Part shown: one piece after another, positions 63,793-64,000 of the stretch | Position numbering within the stretch: the stretch's first letter is position 1 | Layout of the letters: each line of letters opens with the position of its first letter | IMG/VR virus record: IMGVR_UViG_3300031418_000007 | DNA length: 64,000 bases | Source: a virus | Lineage: Duplodnaviria; Caudoviricetes | Strand: one strand, 5' to 3' | Made by a program: the position numbers and the translations under genes | The notes under the pieces: generated by a model | Seen by the model: the letters and a program-made list of their open reading frames with translations, nothing else | What the model was told of the DNA's origin: nothing | Databases searched by the model: none

Positions 63793-64000
63793 TTACGAGC
63801 GCGATTCCCTTATTTTCAAACGCGTTTCCGTGGCCTCTGCCAACGGAATCCGCTCCGGACGTATGCCTGTTAGGTTACCATTGATGGTAAACACACAAGG
63901 GGCTGCAAAGCCTCTGGCATCGGGGTCTGGTTTGGTTACACGTTGGTAACTGAAGACAAAGGGCATGGTTGCGCTTGTGAGGTTAGCCGTGTCGTGCACG
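63793..64000 (-). CDS. C-terminus of a non-virion RNA polymerase beta-like subunit (phiKZ gp123-like), partial
   Basis: Open frame to the window edge; SYQRVTKPDPDARGFAAPCV resembles the recalled gp123 C-terminal motif Y.N..K..PDGRG..NP; synteny with the portal block. Confidence 0.5.
   Translation of the reverse strand, partial: VHDTANLTSATMPFVFSYQRVTKPDPDARGFAAPCVFTINGNLTGIRPERIPLAEATETRLKIRESRS

Noticed and set aside
11073-63884. Numerous plus-strand ORFs of 60-210 aa opposite long minus-strand genes (e.g. 11073, 22410, 29721, 43107), and minus-strand ORFs inside the portal
   Set aside because: These are antisense shadows of real genes, without RBS or recognisable motifs.
1-64000. CRISPR array, tRNA or rRNA genes
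   Set aside because: No regularly spaced repeats or cloverleaf-compatible sequences were seen in the short intergenic gaps; a tRNAscan/Infernal run would be needed to exclude them fully.
1-64000. Alternative genetic code or stop-codon readthrough
   Set aside because: Known enzymes (ThyA, RNase HI, LigA, SbcC, RuvC) are full length and genes tile densely under the standard code.

Overview
This is a 64-kb segment of a phiKZ-related (Chimalliviridae-like) jumbo phage genome, read mostly on the minus strand. The left end (1-5.7 kb) holds a tail-fibre start and four paralogous virion genes ending in a (W/F)(R/W)PVL-type motif. An accessory region follows (6-30 kb) with a metallophosphoesterase, a MazG-like pyrophosphohydrolase, a DUF5565/RLIG1-like RNA ligase, thyA, RyR-domain and DUF1190 proteins, an HslV-like protein, an R2K ATP-grasp, an Acb1/gp57B-like 2H phosphoesterase, a papain-like protein, RNase HI and many small membrane proteins. 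The right half is a core block: NAD-dependent DNA ligase, secreted transglycosylase, free-standing HNH endonuclease, SbcC ATPase, central spike, a large tail-fibre paralogue cluster, spanins, a holin-like protein, RuvC, baseplate proteins, the portal, and the end of a gp123-like non-virion RNA polymerase subunit. The most notable signals are: two apparently catalytically dead prohead-protease homologues (one fused to DUF1653) in the same accessory region as an Acb1-like anti-CBASS enzyme; a putative peptide-ligase/peptidase operon around that enzyme; an RLIG1-like RNA ligase; and an HNH gene bracketed by a duplicated promoter-like repeat. All family assignments come from motif recognition by eye; no database searches were run. 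I moved several starts from the ORF track using RBS position and gene overlap.
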